A DNA stretch of 64,000 nt from an uncultured Lachnospiraceae bacterium (GTDB taxonomy: Bacteria; Bacillota; Clostridia; Lachnospirales; Lachnospiraceae): positions 47,176 to 111,175 of the forward strand of contig CAJUOO010000002.1 in assembly GCA_910588535.1 (NCBI GenBank), written 5' to 3'. A program made the translations under genes and the position numbers. Numbering within the stretch: position 1 is the first letter of the stretch; the number at the start of each line of letters is the position of its first letter. This document shows, one piece after another, positions 35,944 through 47,400 of this stretch. The notes below the pieces were generated by a model. It was not told where the DNA came from. It did not search any database and saw only the letters and a program-made list of their open reading frames with translations.

Positions 35944-38055
35944 TCAAAATTTCTTTCGGTAAACGGCTGCCGATACTGGTGGAAGCGTAACCTTAAGTAC
36001 TCTGTTTTCTATACTATATACCATTCTGCCAATACTATAGCCTGTCTCTGTCGTCAATATAAGCTGCTCCATCAAGGAACCATTCTCCACTCCGATCTCC
36101 CACACCGGAATCTCAAGCTCCATCTCCTCATAATTATTGTTGATCGCAACAGCTATCTGACTGTCCCATGTAAATCTTCCATATGCGATTACCTTATGCA
36201 TCCCCAACAGCGCCTTGTAGGAACCACACATCAAAGCTCTGTTCTCCTTATGAATCTGAATAATATCCCTGTGAAACTCTATCAGCTCCATATCCTCATG
36301 CTTCCACGGATAACTTCTGCGGTTATCTGGATCGGTCCATCCACACAGCCCCGCCTCATCGCCATAATAGATGGTCGGTGCTCCCGGCCATGTCATCTGA
36401 ATGACTACAGCCTCCCGGAAGGTCCCTTTGTTAATATTCTGGTTCGCGGCCTCCGGTCCAAGACCTGCCACTCTTCCCACGCGGCGGTTTGTCCTTGTCA
36501 AAAATCTGGAATGATCATGATTCGAAAGCTCATTCATCGCCACCTGAAGTGACGGAGCAGGAAAGCGGGACATATGATGTGACATCGCGGAAAAAAAACT
36601 TTCAGAATTCCCCAGCAGATCTCCTCGAAATTCATCACTATGTTTCTCCATGCCTGTCAAGAACCATGTCACAGGTTCCATAAAGGCATCATAATTCATA
36701 ACAGTATCCCACTCTTTTCCATGAAGCCAGCTCCACGGATCACCGTAATGCTCTGCCAAGATAATCGCCTCAGGATTTGCCTCCTTCACGGCAGCCCGAA
36801 ATTTCTTCCAAAACTCATGATTGTACTCACTGCTGTGGCCCAGATCAGCGGCCACGTCAAGCCGCCAGCCATCTGCATAATATGGAGCAGACACCCATTT
36901 TGCGGCAACTCTCAAAATATCCTGAACCAGATTCTCCGACTCCTCATAATTAAGCTTGGGAAGTGTATCGTGTCCCCACCAGCCATCATAGCTGGTGTTA
37001 TATGGCCAGCGGTTTTGATCATTAAACTGGAAAAAACTCCGATATGGACTATCCGCAGACACATATGCTCCCTTTTCATAACCTTCCTGCTTCTCATAGA
37101 TACGCTCTCTGTCAAGCCACTTATTAAAAGAACCACAATGATTAAACACGCCGTCAAGGATCACCTTCATACCTCTTCGGTGTGCTTCCTCCACCAGCTC
37201 CCGAAACAGCTCATTGCTCGCCTCCAGATTCTCCTTGTCCGTCACTCGCATAATATAGCGAGAAGCGTGAGAATTATCCCTGTCCCCCGGCGCAAGCAGC
37301 TCTCCCTCATCCTTCACTATTCTTCCTATATGAGGATCGATATAATCATAATCCTGTATATCATATTTATGATTAGAAGGGGACACAAATAAGGGATTAA
37401 AATATATGACATCCACCCCCAAGGACTGAAGATAATCCAACTTCTCCATAACTCCCTGCAAATCACCGCCATAAAATTCCCGCACACCCATCGACGCCGG
37501 ATATTTCATCCAATCCCTAACTTGGCTGATCCCCTCTCCAATATAAGCATACTCATTATCCAGAGGATCGTTCCCTGTATCACTATTATAAAATCTGTCT
37601 ACAAAAATCTGATAAAACACCGCGCCCTTTGCCCAGTCTGGTGTTTTATAGCCCGGCAGCAGCCTGAAATCATAATAAGGTTCTCTATTCCTCATAGCTC
37701 CCCTCTGATTATAATAACACTCTACCTTGCCAGATATAATTCGAAAGCAATAGGAGATCATCTCCTCTCCCACTGTTATCTCTGTTGCATAGTAATCAAA
37801 GCTTCCCATTGACCCCTTGAGAAAAAGCTCCTTACATTCCTCTCCATACAACAGATATACATGATCTACATTATTTTTCAAAGTGCGAAACCGGATAATA
37901 ACCCTATCTCCCGGCATCGGCTGTGCAGGACTTACAAATTCCTCTGTTCCATCACTAAATAGTGCTTTTGTGTTCAATGCAGATCGCATGCTCATCATAT
38001 ACATCTGCATCTTGCCGGTTTTTGTCATTTGCTTCAATCTAACTTTGATATCCAT
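35944..38055 (-). CDS. glycoside hydrolase family 13 (neopullulanase/cyclomaltodextrinase-like alpha-amylase)
   Basis: Contains the GH13 regions DGVFNHC, GWRLDVA and EHYG, plus FLTRTNRR near region IV. Confidence 0.85.
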   Translation of the reverse strand: MDIKVRLKQMTKTGKMQMYMMSMRSALNTKALFSDGTEEFVSPAQPMPGDRVIIRFRTLKNNVDHVYLLYGEECKELFLKGSMGSFDYYATEITVGEEMISYCFRIISGKVECYYNQRGAMRNREPYYDFRLLPGYKTPDWAKGAVFYQIFVDRFYNSDTGNDPLDNEYAYIGEGISQVRDWMKYPASMGVREFYGGDLQGVMEKLDYLQSLGVDVIYFNPLFVSPSNHKYDIQDYDYIDPHIGRIVKDEGELLAPGDRDNSHASRYIMRVTDKENLEASNELFRELVEEAHRRGMKVILDGVFNHCGSFNKWLDRERIYEKQEGYEKGAYVSADSPYRSFFQFNDQNRWPYNTSYDGWWGHDTLPKLNYEESENLVQDILRVAAKWVSAPYYADGWRLDVAADLGHSSEYNHEFWKKFRAAVKEANPEAIILAEHYGDPWSWLHGKEWDTVMNYDAFMEPVTWFLTGMEKHSDEFRGDLLGNSESFFSAMSHHMSRFPAPSLQVAMNELSNHDHSRFLTRTNRRVGRVAGLGPEAANQNINKGTFREAVVIQMTWPGAPTIYYGDEAGLCGWTDPDNRRSYPWKHEDMELIEFHRDIIQIHKENRALMCGSYKALLGMHKVIAYGRFTWDSQIAVAINNNYEEMELEIPVWEIGVENGSLMEQLILTTETGYSIGRMVYSIENRVLKVTLPPVSAAVYRKKF

Positions 38056-38180
38056 TGCAATCCCCTGCCCACCTTTATAGTGTATTCTTATTTTTTGGTT
38101 CTAGTCTCTATTTTATTATAAACAAGCCAGAAATACAACCTTTTTCTGCCAACGCATAAAATAAACTTATTCTCTATTCT

Positions 38181-38217
38181 AAAAAGTGAAAAGGACAACC
38201 AAACGGCTGTCCTTTTC
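38181..38217 (-). terminator. intrinsic terminator between ftsH and the GH13 gene
   Basis: On the minus strand: AAAAGGACAGCCGTTTGGTTGTCCTTTTCACTTTTT. Confidence 0.55.
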
Positions 38218-38399
38218 GGAGAAGGTATTTCATTTCTTATGGGGTGTAGCAAAAAACTATATAATGTATTGGGGGTTTTACAATATTTAGTATAGCATCT
38301 CCTTGTCAAAAAGTGTGCACAAACTTTTTCCTTCTTTCCCCAATTTTTTGTTACTTTTAACGTCGTTCCATTTTATCTTATATATTTCCGCCGTTATTT

Positions 38400-40220
38400 T
38401 TAACAAGCCTCCCACAATCCTTCAAATTCCTCTCTGCCAATCTTCTCTTTCTCTAAAAGCAATCCGGCACATCGATGCAGCACCGCCTCGTTCTCCAACA
38501 AAAGCTTTTTTGCCTTCTCATAACATTCATCCACAATCCGCTTTACTTCTGCGTCAATAACACTTGCTGTATTCTCTGCATAGCTTCTGGTATGTGCCAG
38601 ATCTCTGCCGATAAATACTTCATCTTCGTCACTTCCATAGTGAATCAGACCAATCTTCTCAGACATACCATATTTTGTTATCATAGAGCGCGCAATTCCT
38701 GTCGCCTGCTTAATGTCTTGAGATGCACCTGTCGTGATATCATCAAAGACAAGCTCCTCCGCGATCCGTCCTCCTAAGTCCACCATAATATCCTGAAGCA
38801 TCCGCCCTTTTGTATTAAACATTTCATCCTTCTCAGGCAGAGGCATAGTATAACCTGCTGCTCCTATTCCAGTTGGGATAATTGACACAGAATACACTGG
38901 TCCCACATCTGGTAGCACATGGAATAAAATCGCATGGCCAGCCTCATGATAGGCTGTCACCTTCTTTTCCTTCTCCGATATTACACGGCTCTTCTTTTCC
39001 ACACCAATGCCAACCTTGACAAAGGCTTCCTTTATATCTGCTCCCGTGATAAAGTTTCGATCTCCTTTAGCAGCAAGAATTGCAGACTCATTCAACAGAT
39101 TCTCCAAGTCTGCACCAGTAAAGCCAGATGTTGTTCTGGCTATTTCCTTAAGATCCACATCATCTCCCAGAGGCTTTCCTTTCGCGTGTACAGATAAGAT
39201 CTCCTCTCTGCCCTTTACATCGGGTCTTCCCACCATAACCTTGCGATCAAACCGTCCCGGTCTTAAGATAGCTGGATCAAGAATATCCACGCGGTTTGTC
39301 GCGGACATCACAATAATCCCCTCATTGGCATTAAAGCCATCCATCTCCACCAAAAGCTGGTTCAATGTCTGCTCTCTCTCATCATGCCCGCCGCCCATGC
39401 CAGTTCCTCGCCTTCTAGCCACGGCATCAATCTCGTCGATAAATACAATACAGGGTGAATTTTTCTTTGCATCCTCAAACAGATCCCTGACGCGGGAAGC
39501 TCCCACGCCGACGAACATCTCCACAAAGTCAGAGCCAGATATGCTGAAAAACGGCACTCCTGCCTCACCTGCCACCGCGCGGGCAAGCAACGTCTTACCT
39601 GTTCCGGGAGGTCCCACAAGCAGCACTCCTTTTGGAATCCTCGCGCCGACCATCAGATATTTCTTTGGATTTTTAAGAAAATCTACAATCTCTCGAAGTT
39701 CCTCCTTCTCCTCATCTAACCCGGCTACATTTTTAAAACTTATCTGCTTTATTGTATCAACCACCATTCTTGCACGGCTTTTGCCAAAGTTCATCACCCT
39801 GCTGTTTCCGCCTCCTGATGCCTGATTATTCATGTAGGCAAAAAATACAATAATCACGACGACACCGATCATAATCGGAAAAACAGTAGTCAAGAAAACA
39901 CTGTCTCTCTGAACATCCGTAACATAATAATTCTTCATGCTCCGCTTATCCAGATCCGCTATCACATCCTTGACATCGGGAACATATAGGCTTTCCCGCG
40001 AACCATTGGTAAATTCTATAACCAGCTCACCGGTGGGAGTTTCTCCATTTCCATTCTGCCGGATTGTAACAGAGGAGACATTTCCCTCCTCAACATTCGT
40101 GAGAAACTGCGGATAGGTATAATCATTTACATGATATTGATTTCTGGTCGTCCACAGCATTATTACCACAATAATCGCCATAATGGCAAAATAAATTCCC
40201 AATCCTTTTGTTTTCAACAT
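38400..40220 (-). CDS. ftsH: ATP-dependent zinc metalloprotease FtsH
   Basis: Contains Walker A GPPGTGKT, Walker B VFIDEID and the zinc site HEAGHAI, with two N-terminal TM segments. Confidence 0.95.
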   Translation of the reverse strand: MLKTKGLGIYFAIMAIIVVIMLWTTRNQYHVNDYTYPQFLTNVEEGNVSSVTIRQNGNGETPTGELVIEFTNGSRESLYVPDVKDVIADLDKRSMKNYYVTDVQRDSVFLTTVFPIMIGVVVIIVFFAYMNNQASGGGNSRVMNFGKSRARMVVDTIKQISFKNVAGLDEEKEELREIVDFLKNPKKYLMVGARIPKGVLLVGPPGTGKTLLARAVAGEAGVPFFSISGSDFVEMFVGVGASRVRDLFEDAKKNSPCIVFIDEIDAVARRRGTGMGGGHDEREQTLNQLLVEMDGFNANEGIIVMSATNRVDILDPAILRPGRFDRKVMVGRPDVKGREEILSVHAKGKPLGDDVDLKEIARTTSGFTGADLENLLNESAILAAKGDRNFITGADIKEAFVKVGIGVEKKSRVISEKEKKVTAYHEAGHAILFHVLPDVGPVYSVSIIPTGIGAAGYTMPLPEKDEMFNTKGRMLQDIMVDLGGRIAEELVFDDITTGASQDIKQATGIARSMITKYGMSEKIGLIHYGSDEDEVFIGRDLAHTRSYAENTASVIDAEVKRIVDECYEKAKKLLLENEAVLHRCAGLLLEKEKIGREEFEGLWEAC

Positions 40221-40252
40221 CTATCCTCCTTCTTATGCGATCTCTGGCATTT

Positions 40253-40780
40253 TTATTCTATCTCCACCACGCCAATATACGGCAGATTCCTGTACTTCTG
40301 ATCGTAATCCAACCCATAGCCGACAACAAATTCATCTGGAATGGCAAAGCCCACATAATCCACCTTCACATCTGCCACACGGCGCTCCGGCTTATCCAAA
40401 AGTGTGCAGAGGCGTATCGAAGCCGGATTCCTCTTATATAATATCTCAATAAGATAACTCAGGGTCCTTCCAGAATCAATGATGTCCTCCACAATCAAAA
40501 CTTCCTTGCCATCCAAAGGTTCATCCAGATCCTTCACAAGCTTTACCACTCCGCTGGACTTTGTTCCTGAACCATAGCTGGACACTGACATAAAATCCAT
40601 GGAAACCGGGATACTGATTCTCTTTGCAAGCTCACAGGTAAAGAAAACGCCTCCCTTAAGCACACAGATCAGATGGACCTGCTTGCCAGCATAATCCTTG
40701 CTTATCTGCGCACCGATCTCTTCAATCCTTCTGTCAACTTCTTCCTCACTCACAAGTACCCTAATCTTATCTTCTGCCAT
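40253..40780 (-). CDS. hpt: hypoxanthine phosphoribosyltransferase
   Basis: Contains the PRPP motif VLIVEDIIDSGRTL. Its position between tilS and ftsH matches Bacillus. Confidence 0.92.
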   Translation of the reverse strand: MAEDKIRVLVSEEEVDRRIEEIGAQISKDYAGKQVHLICVLKGGVFFTCELAKRISIPVSMDFMSVSSYGSGTKSSGVVKLVKDLDEPLDGKEVLIVEDIIDSGRTLSYLIEILYKRNPASIRLCTLLDKPERRVADVKVDYVGFAIPDEFVVGYGLDYDQKYRNLPYIGVVEIE

Positions 40781-40784
40781 ATTC

Positions 40785-42206
40785 TTACCTCCATTTCATC
40801 TCTGCTTTCACCGCATACTTTGTACTTTTTCCTATCTTGTATCCTTCGCTTATTCTATATCCTATAATCCAAAGTACATGACTTTGGTCTGCAAGAAGCC
40901 AAATGCTGTCCCGAAGCTGTCTTGGAACCTTCTTATCAATAAAGTAGGACTTAAGCTTCTTTCTGTTGCCCGTCTTTGAGATCTCGATATAATCGCCCTC
41001 TCGGCGGGTCCTTAATTGCAAAGTACCTTTTATTTTATCATAATCAAACCATTTCGTATAGGTATTTTCTTCATTTTTAGCGATTTCTTTTATAGGCACC
41101 TGCTCTGCTGGAACGGGAGAGGATACCAAGAGTACTCCTTTTCCATCGGGGAGTACATATTCTGTACCAGATGCTCGTAGATATTCACATACTTCTCCCA
41201 TATTCTGTGATTCTTCTTTATCCAAATCAGACCGTGCAAACACTAGCCTCCCATATTCCCGGCAAACCAGAAGGCCCCCCGGAAGATTGGCAGACCTCCC
41301 CGTCTGTGCCTCTGTAAGCCTTAACACCATAGAGAGGTGCTCCGATGTCAAATCTTTCCTTCCTGTTCCCAGATCATCTGCTGCCATAAAGATTAATTGC
41401 TTTTTTATCACAATATCCAGACAGCCATACTTCTCCAGATCAAACCATAATGTCGTCTTTTCTTTTTCTTTGCTAGCACAACACGCCCACGCTTTTTTTG
41501 CCTGTCCTGCAAGATACCTATCTGCCTCTGCCAGATAAGAAGCACATGCTGCAATATGCTGCGCCGCCGCCCTGTTAATATTTTCCTGAAGACATGGAAT
41601 CACTTGGCTGCGTATCCGGTTCCTCGTATAATGCAGCTCTTTATTCGTCGCGTCCTCCTGCCAGCTTATCCGCCGTTTTTTCAGATATAAGATTATCTCT
41701 TCCTTTTGCACGCACAAAAGTGGCCGGATGCGGTTCCCCGATACTGGGCGGATACCAGAAAGACCTGTAAGCCCGCTTCCCCTGCACAGATGATATATCA
41801 CGGTCTCCGCCTGATCTAACATATGGTGTGCCACTGCTATTTTATTAAATCCAAGCTCGTCTAAGACCTTTTCAAAGCTCTGATATCGCAAAATCCTCCC
41901 TGTCTCTTCCTCCGAAAGACCTCTTCTCTTGGCCTCTTCCTTTACATTATAAAAATAGCTTCTATATGGCACATTATACTTCCTACATAACTGCGATGCA
42001 TATTCCTCGTCCTCGTCCGCAGCTTGTCCTCGTATTCCATGATGTACATGGACACACACAAGCTGAAACTTCCACTCCACTCTCACAGAAAGTAACAGAA
42101 AGAAAAGGCAGACGGAATCTGCTCCTCCTGACAGACCCAGCACAATCCCATCTCCCGGAAGGATCATCTGATTTTCTATCATAAATGTTCTGACTTTCTC
42201 CTCCAC
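40785..42206 (-). CDS. tilS: tRNA(Ile)-lysidine synthetase
   Basis: Contains the PP-loop motif GLSGGADS and is in conserved synteny. Confidence 0.9.
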   Translation of the reverse strand: MEEKVRTFMIENQMILPGDGIVLGLSGGADSVCLFFLLLSVRVEWKFQLVCVHVHHGIRGQAADEDEEYASQLCRKYNVPYRSYFYNVKEEAKRRGLSEEETGRILRYQSFEKVLDELGFNKIAVAHHMLDQAETVIYHLCRGSGLTGLSGIRPVSGNRIRPLLCVQKEEIILYLKKRRISWQEDATNKELHYTRNRIRSQVIPCLQENINRAAAQHIAACASYLAEADRYLAGQAKKAWACCASKEKEKTTLWFDLEKYGCLDIVIKKQLIFMAADDLGTGRKDLTSEHLSMVLRLTEAQTGRSANLPGGLLVCREYGRLVFARSDLDKEESQNMGEVCEYLRASGTEYVLPDGKGVLLVSSPVPAEQVPIKEIAKNEENTYTKWFDYDKIKGTLQLRTRREGDYIEISKTGNRKKLKSYFIDKKVPRQLRDSIWLLADQSHVLWIIGYRISEGYKIGKSTKYAVKAEMKWR

Positions 42207-42296
42207 CTAAGTCCTCCTTTTCAATAAGATCCTATATCAAACCACCATGTTTTCACAAGTATAGAACAAAGCAGATAAAAAGTCAAACCTTTCCCA

Positions 42297-44294
42297 TTAT
42301 GCCGTTCTCTGCCAGATCCCTGTCACAAGAACCGTCATATCATCCATAATATTCTGCCCACTGTACTCACGAACTGCCATGAGAAGTTCGTCCGCCATAT
42401 CCTTTGGATTCTTTGTGTTAATATCCATCAAAAGCCTGCCAAGCTCCTCCTCCTTGTTCTCCCCCTCAAATACATCAAGTACCCCATCAGATACCATAAT
42501 AATATAATCACCGTCATATAACTTTTTATAAGCAGATTCATAGTCTACCTCCCTGAGCACTCCTATGGGAAGACTCGTGGATTTCATCACCTCCACCCAT
42601 TGATTCCGCTTAATAAATGTAGCCGCAGCCCCAGATTTGTAGAAGCTACATTTTCCAGAATACAGATCTGTGATCGCTAAATCCACCGCGGTTGAAGCCT
42701 CCCCATTTTCTTTGCCCAAAAGCACAGAATTAACAAGGCGCAGCGCCGTCTCCTCCTCATATCCCGCCTTCAACAAATCTTCCAGAAGTCCTATAATCTC
42801 TTCACTGTCCTCACTCGCCTCTCCCCCAGAGCCCATTCCATCCACAATTCCCATCAGAAGCTGTCCCTCCATCAGCTCCGTGCAGGAAAAATTATCACCA
42901 GACACAATCTCGCCTGTCTTTGTCACACCACTCGCTCCGTGCAGAACCATAAAATTAGGTTCCTCCACAAAGCCATATACAGCATACTCTCTATTTACGA
43001 TCGTCTTTCCCTCCGAGCACACTCTCACTTTTCTTCCATAACCCTTGCTGACATGAGCACATACTTCTCTCATGGTGGCAATTCTGCCCCCAACACTTCT
43101 CATCTCGATCTGTATCCGCTCTCTTCCATTCTGCTGTCTTACAATATGTACATATCGCACCTCGAACCGCGCACGCTCCAAGGCTCGCCATATGGCTGTC
43201 TCCTGCTTCCCTCTATTTCTGTGCTCTCCAAGCTGTTCGGTCATATCCTCCAAAAGTGCGGCTGTCTCCGAGAGCTGAACAGAAGCAGCGAAGGACAGAT
43301 CATTCTGTGTATGAAAACGCCCAATACTTCTTGACAATGATTTAAAGGATTCCGCAAGCTCAACAAGCCGTCCTCTCTTCTCCTCCAAGCCTCCGTCTGT
43401 CAATATCCCCCTTCTTCCTTGCTCCAGACGATAAGCCACACTTCTAGGAAGTATCAGAAAAAACAAGCTTCCTAGCACTGCTCCCATCAGTTGATCTATC
43501 TCCAATAAAAACGGTGCATATAATGTTCCAAGCAGCCACACACCAAGCAAAAATCCCGCTGTGCTCCCAAGCCTTCCCAATGCCCGGAATATCCCTGCCA
43601 TTATGCCAAGTGCGCAGAGCATCCCCAACATACTTCCATCTCCGTGCCACAATGTCATCACCATGCCGCACGCGGCACCGACCATTGCCCCCATACCGAT
43701 CCCATGGCGGTAGGAGAACAGCAAAATTCCTAAATACATACTGACTGGACCTACCGCCACAGTAAAAAGCCTCTGTCCCCGCAATGCATATAAAAAAATT
43801 CCAAACAAGATTCCAATTACCGCCGTCTCTTCATTGCCAAAAGCCTCTCCACTCTTTCTGTATAATATCCCCTTCACTCCTATCTGAAAAAGCTGCACCA
43901 GAGCAAATACCAACACTCCCTCACACACACCCGCCAACAGCTCATAGCGAGGTTCTCTTATCATAAGTGCCCCTGCACACTGAATAGATAAAAGACAGAA
44001 CACTGCCAAGATTCCGGCTGTGCTTCTTTTTACACTGCCATTGCGCGCCTCCAAAAATCCCATCACCAAAGCATAGGTCATCATCGCGAGCAGATACTTG
44101 ATCGCGGGTATCGCGGGCATGGCTGCCGCAATCACTGCAAATATCACTGGAAAAGCAAAAATCCTCTGTCCTTTTTCCATATAGAGAGCAGCAAAATATG
44201 CAAATCCCACTGGATTATAATTTCCCACTGTGCACAAAGCTGCTGCCACTCCCATCATTTGTACGCCAATTTTACGAATTATGTTTTCTTTCAT
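42297..44294 (-). CDS. spoIIE: stage II sporulation protein E (PP2C phosphatase with polytopic membrane domain)
   Basis: About 10 TM helices followed by a PP2C-like domain (GIVDGMGSG ... DGDYIIMVSDGV). ATG at 44294 with SD AGGAGGGA. Confidence 0.88.
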   Translation of the reverse strand: MKENIIRKIGVQMMGVAAALCTVGNYNPVGFAYFAALYMEKGQRIFAFPVIFAVIAAAMPAIPAIKYLLAMMTYALVMGFLEARNGSVKRSTAGILAVFCLLSIQCAGALMIREPRYELLAGVCEGVLVFALVQLFQIGVKGILYRKSGEAFGNEETAVIGILFGIFLYALRGQRLFTVAVGPVSMYLGILLFSYRHGIGMGAMVGAACGMVMTLWHGDGSMLGMLCALGIMAGIFRALGRLGSTAGFLLGVWLLGTLYAPFLLEIDQLMGAVLGSLFFLILPRSVAYRLEQGRRGILTDGGLEEKRGRLVELAESFKSLSRSIGRFHTQNDLSFAASVQLSETAALLEDMTEQLGEHRNRGKQETAIWRALERARFEVRYVHIVRQQNGRERIQIEMRSVGGRIATMREVCAHVSKGYGRKVRVCSEGKTIVNREYAVYGFVEEPNFMVLHGASGVTKTGEIVSGDNFSCTELMEGQLLMGIVDGMGSGGEASEDSEEIIGLLEDLLKAGYEEETALRLVNSVLLGKENGEASTAVDLAITDLYSGKCSFYKSGAAATFIKRNQWVEVMKSTSLPIGVLREVDYESAYKKLYDGDYIIMVSDGVLDVFEGENKEEELGRLLMDINTKNPKDMADELLMAVREYSGQNIMDDMTVLVTGIWQRTA

Positions 44295-44467
44295 ATCCTG
44301 TCCCTCCTGTTTCCTTGTCACTGATTTGGTATTATAGCGGACAGGTTTTACTAATTTTGTCAAATCTGGTACAGGTTTTTCAAAAAATTATTGACAAAAA
44401 GAAGCACCACTGCAATCTTTTATCGAATACAGGGTGCTCACAGTGATTCAGATATTCATACTCCTTT

Positions 44468-44782
44468 TTATTTCTCAGGCTTGAAAATAATCTCATTTTC
44501 ATAGACCAGTCCTAATTTCTCTCTGGCAACCTCCTCCACATATTTTTTCGTCTGCACATATTTCTCATACTCCTCAAGCTCCGCCTTGCGCTCCATCTCG
44601 TCCTCGATCTGTCTGCTAAGACTTTCCTCCCTCTGTATATACGCCTTATTCTTCGCCTTAAGCTCAACGCTCTTATATGCTATCACAGCAGATAACATCA
44701 TAACAACAAGACTGATCGCAATCACGCTGATCTTACTCTTTCTCTTTCTTCTCTGCCTTCTTTTTTGTGTTCTTTCTGCCAT
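44468..44782 (-). CDS. divIC: septum formation initiator (DivIC/FtsB family)
   Basis: It has a basic N-terminus, one TM helix and a coiled coil. Its position after yabQ matches B. subtilis. Confidence 0.8.
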   Translation of the reverse strand: MAERTQKRRQRRKRKSKISVIAISLVVMMLSAVIAYKSVELKAKNKAYIQREESLSRQIEDEMERKAELEEYEKYVQTKKYVEEVAREKLGLVYENEIIFKPEK

Positions 44783-45176
44783 GAAACCACCTTCTCTTTA
44801 CCTTGCTAAGCATTATTTTAAACTTTTTTCCTGCTCTTTTCAATACCTTTCCAATAAAATCTATCGGTGTCCGAAGAAGTCCCCCGATAAAAGGAACTAC
44901 AAATCGGCTGACACAGAGGTTAAAAAGGAACATCGCTGCCGCCACCGCAGCGATCGCATACCATCGAATAATCCCATCATTTCCCTTATAGAGCAGGACA
45001 AATACCGCCACCGCCACCACAAGCCAATAGATGGCATCCTCTATACCTATTATAAATAATTTCCGAGGCAGCACAATTCTTGCAATTCTTAACACATCAT
45101 AGAGCATGGCAAGAAAAATACCCAGCAAAAAGCAAGAAAGCAGATAATCTGTCTCCCACAGAATCATCTGGCTCAT
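44733..45176 (-). CDS. yabQ: spore cortex biosynthesis protein YabQ
   Basis: A small polytopic membrane protein immediately downstream of yabP (1-nt overlap). Confidence 0.75.
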   Translation of the reverse strand: MSQMILWETDYLLSCFLLGIFLAMLYDVLRIARIVLPRKLFIIGIEDAIYWLVVAVAVFVLLYKGNDGIIRWYAIAAVAAAMFLFNLCVSRFVVPFIGGLLRTPIDFIGKVLKRAGKKFKIMLSKVKRRWFHGRKNTKKKAEKKEKE

Positions 45177-45487
45177 CAGCTAAATAGTCTTTTGATCAAA
45201 GACTCCCCTTTTTTTGAGTAATCGCTGACTTCCGAGTAGGTAAGGCTGTCGATTGTACCATCGATATCCACTTCCCCCTTCTCCAGATTCAGCTTATTGA
45301 CGTGCAGATCCTTCCCTTTTATCATCAACATGCCAAGCTCTGTCTCAAGGAGCACCTCATTCATATCGAAGGCTATCACGTCGGTCACTCCTGTCATGGC
45401 GCCGCCCTTTCTGTTATTCACTACCAACCTGTGGCTCCCTGATGGTACTCTTTCCTCCATAAAAAACCTCCTAATATACTTCTTCAA
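45176..45487 (-). CDS. yabP: sporulation protein YabP
   Basis: HRLVVNNRKGGAMTGVTDVIAFDMNEVLLETELGMLMIKGKDLHVNKLNLEKGEVDIDG matches the YabP pattern. Confidence 0.88.
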   Translation of the reverse strand: MKKYIRRFFMEERVPSGSHRLVVNNRKGGAMTGVTDVIAFDMNEVLLETELGMLMIKGKDLHVNKLNLEKGEVDIDGTIDSLTYSEVSDYSKKGESLIKRLFS

Positions 45488-45523
45488 TCTGATAAAGTAT
45501 ATTAGGAGTGTCCATGTTTTATG

Positions 45524-45763
45524 CTAAATGTATCTGTACAGCTCTTTTGCCTCGTCCTTCTTCACTGTCTCCAAAACATCAAGAACTTGTACCTTTACTG
45601 CCTTTGTTCCAAACTGGATCTCGATCTCGTCGCCCTCCTTCACAGTGGCAGATGCCTTTGCAACCTTACCATTCACAAGCACCCTGCCAGAATCACATGC
45701 CTCATTGGCGATCGTGCGGCGCTTGATCAGACGCGAAACCTTTAAAAACTTATCTAATCTCAT
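45524..45763 (-). CDS. yabO: S4-domain RNA-binding protein (YabO-like)
   Basis: The N-terminus MRLDKFLKVSRLIKRRT is an S4 signature. Synteny with yabP. Confidence 0.8.
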   Translation of the reverse strand: MRLDKFLKVSRLIKRRTIANEACDSGRVLVNGKVAKASATVKEGDEIEIQFGTKAVKVQVLDVLETVKKDEAKELYRYI

Positions 45764-45766
45764 AAA

Positions 45767-46042
45767 TTATTCGTTAATTTCATCCTTTAAAGCCTTGCCC
45801 GCCTTGAACTTAGGAGCCTTGGATGCAGGGATCGGCATCACTTCACCGGTCTGAGGATTTCTTCCGTCTCTTGCAGCCCTCTCTGCCACCTCAAATGTAC
45901 CAAAGCCGACTAACTGGATCTTCTCACCTTTCTTTAATTCTTCCGTCACTACCTCGATAAATGCCTTTAAAGCCTTTTCAGAATCCTTCTTGGACAACTC
46001 GGTTTTCTCTGCAATCGCAGCAATAAGTTCAGTCTTGTTCAT
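45767..46042 (-). CDS. hup: HU-family DNA-binding protein
   Basis: Contains [13 protein letters not shown] ... [18 protein letters not shown]. Confidence 0.93.
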   Translation of the reverse strand: MNKTELIAAIAEKTELSKKDSEKALKAFIEVVTEELKKGEKIQLVGFGTFEVAERAARDGRNPQTGEVMPIPASKAPKFKAGKALKDEINE

Positions 46043-46212
46043 TGACTAACTCCTCCTCTGATATTTTATACTTTTCGTTGAGGTGATATCATACGTGAAA
46101 CTGCCTGTCCTCATCTAAGAACCCTCAACACCTTCATGTTTATTTATAAACTGTTACGCCTCATTTGTCAAGGAATTTTTCCTCTATTTTCCGGTATTTG
46201 CGCAAATTTCCC

Positions 46213-46761
46213 TTAATTTTCCATCTGCCTGCCCAAAAAGCTGGAAGCAACCCCCACAAGCTTCAACTCTGTCTCTCCCATCTGACTTCTACCATCCTTG
46301 CTCAGCATGGCAACCACGCCGATCACATCCCCCTCACAGATAATTGGCTGAGCGACAAGCGAAACATATTCTTCCGTCTGCCCATTCACGATAGGAATCA
46401 TATTCCTGCCATCCCTTCCTGTCATCAAAACCTCTCTCTCACTCATCAGATGCTCTAACTGCTTGCTGATTGGCTTATCCTGAAGCTCCTTCTTAGCAGT
46501 TCCTGTGGCGGCGATAATCTGATCTCTGTCCGCAATACATACAATATGCCCTGTAATCTGTGCCAAACTCTCCGCATACTGCCTTGCAAACAAACTCAAT
46601 TCTCCAATGGGAGAATATTTCTTAAGAATTATCTCCCCTTCCCGATCTGTAAATATCTCTAATGGATCTCCTTCCCTAATTCTCAAGGTTCTCCTAATTT
46701 CCTTCGGCACTACCACTCTTCCTAAATCATCTATCCGTCTCACTATTCCGGTCGCTTTCAT
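46213..46761 (-). CDS. spoVT: stage V sporulation protein T (AbrB-family regulator)
   Basis: N-terminal SpoVT/AbrB domain MKATGIVRRIDDLGRVVVPKEIRRTLRIREGDPLEIF plus a GAF-like C-terminus. Confidence 0.9.
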   Translation of the reverse strand: MKATGIVRRIDDLGRVVVPKEIRRTLRIREGDPLEIFTDREGEIILKKYSPIGELSLFARQYAESLAQITGHIVCIADRDQIIAATGTAKKELQDKPISKQLEHLMSEREVLMTGRDGRNMIPIVNGQTEEYVSLVAQPIICEGDVIGVVAMLSKDGRSQMGETELKLVGVASSFLGRQMEN

Positions 46762-46847
46762 ATTCTAATTGCTCCTCCATTTTTATATAGTTCTATGATG
46801 CTATTGTTTGTAAAAAATGGAGATTTATTCATTCATATGAGAAGAGA

Positions 46848-47348
46848 TCAATAGCTTCTAATGGAATCTCCTTCGTCATCGGTATTTTTTATGTTCTTAA
46901 TTTCAATATAATAGCCACATTGTTCATCTATGGCGACATAGACGCGATCCCCCACCTTTTTTCCTAATATGGCCCTGCCAAGAGGAGACTGTGTGCTGAT
47001 CATTCCTTTCATAGAATTACCGCGAATCGAGGTGACAAGCTTAAAGGTCTCAAGCTCCTCCTCATCCTCCATATAGATCTCCACAGTATTATTGATGCCG
47101 ACCTCATCCTCCATAGACTGATCTGACACAATCTGGGCGGTTCTTATTAATCGCTCCAAATAACGGATACGGCTCTCATTTTTATTCTTGTCCTTTTTGG
47201 CAGCATAATATTCAAAATTCTCGCTCAGATCCCCCTGAGCACGTGCCTCCTTGACAGCCTCAATAGCTTCCTTGCGGACGACAAGTTTACGATAGTCAAT
47301 CTCCTCCTGAATTTTCTTAATATCATTATAGGTAAGCTGATTTTGCAT
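46848..47348 (-). CDS. greA: transcription elongation factor GreA
   Basis: Coiled-coil N-terminus with GDLSENFEYYAAK, and a C-terminal FKBP-like domain with SPLGRAILGKKVGD. Confidence 0.92.
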   Translation of the reverse strand: MQNQLTYNDIKKIQEEIDYRKLVVRKEAIEAVKEARAQGDLSENFEYYAAKKDKNKNESRIRYLERLIRTAQIVSDQSMEDEVGINNTVEIYMEDEEELETFKLVTSIRGNSMKGMISTQSPLGRAILGKKVGDRVYVAIDEQCGYYIEIKNIKNTDDEGDSIRSY

Positions 47349-47400
47349 GGTAGTGTGCCTTTCTATGTTTTTATATCAGTTTTTATATTATGTTTCACTT

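Noticed and set aside
36640-37392. 250-aa plus-strand ORF. Similar long antisense ORFs occur at 39007-39825, 10167-10751, 4687-5202 and 58536-59048.
   Set aside because: They are antisense to well-supported genes (GH13, ftsH, rlmD, operon gene D, Caps_synth). They have no motifs and an odd Ser/Leu/Cys/His-rich composition, which is typical of frame shadows.
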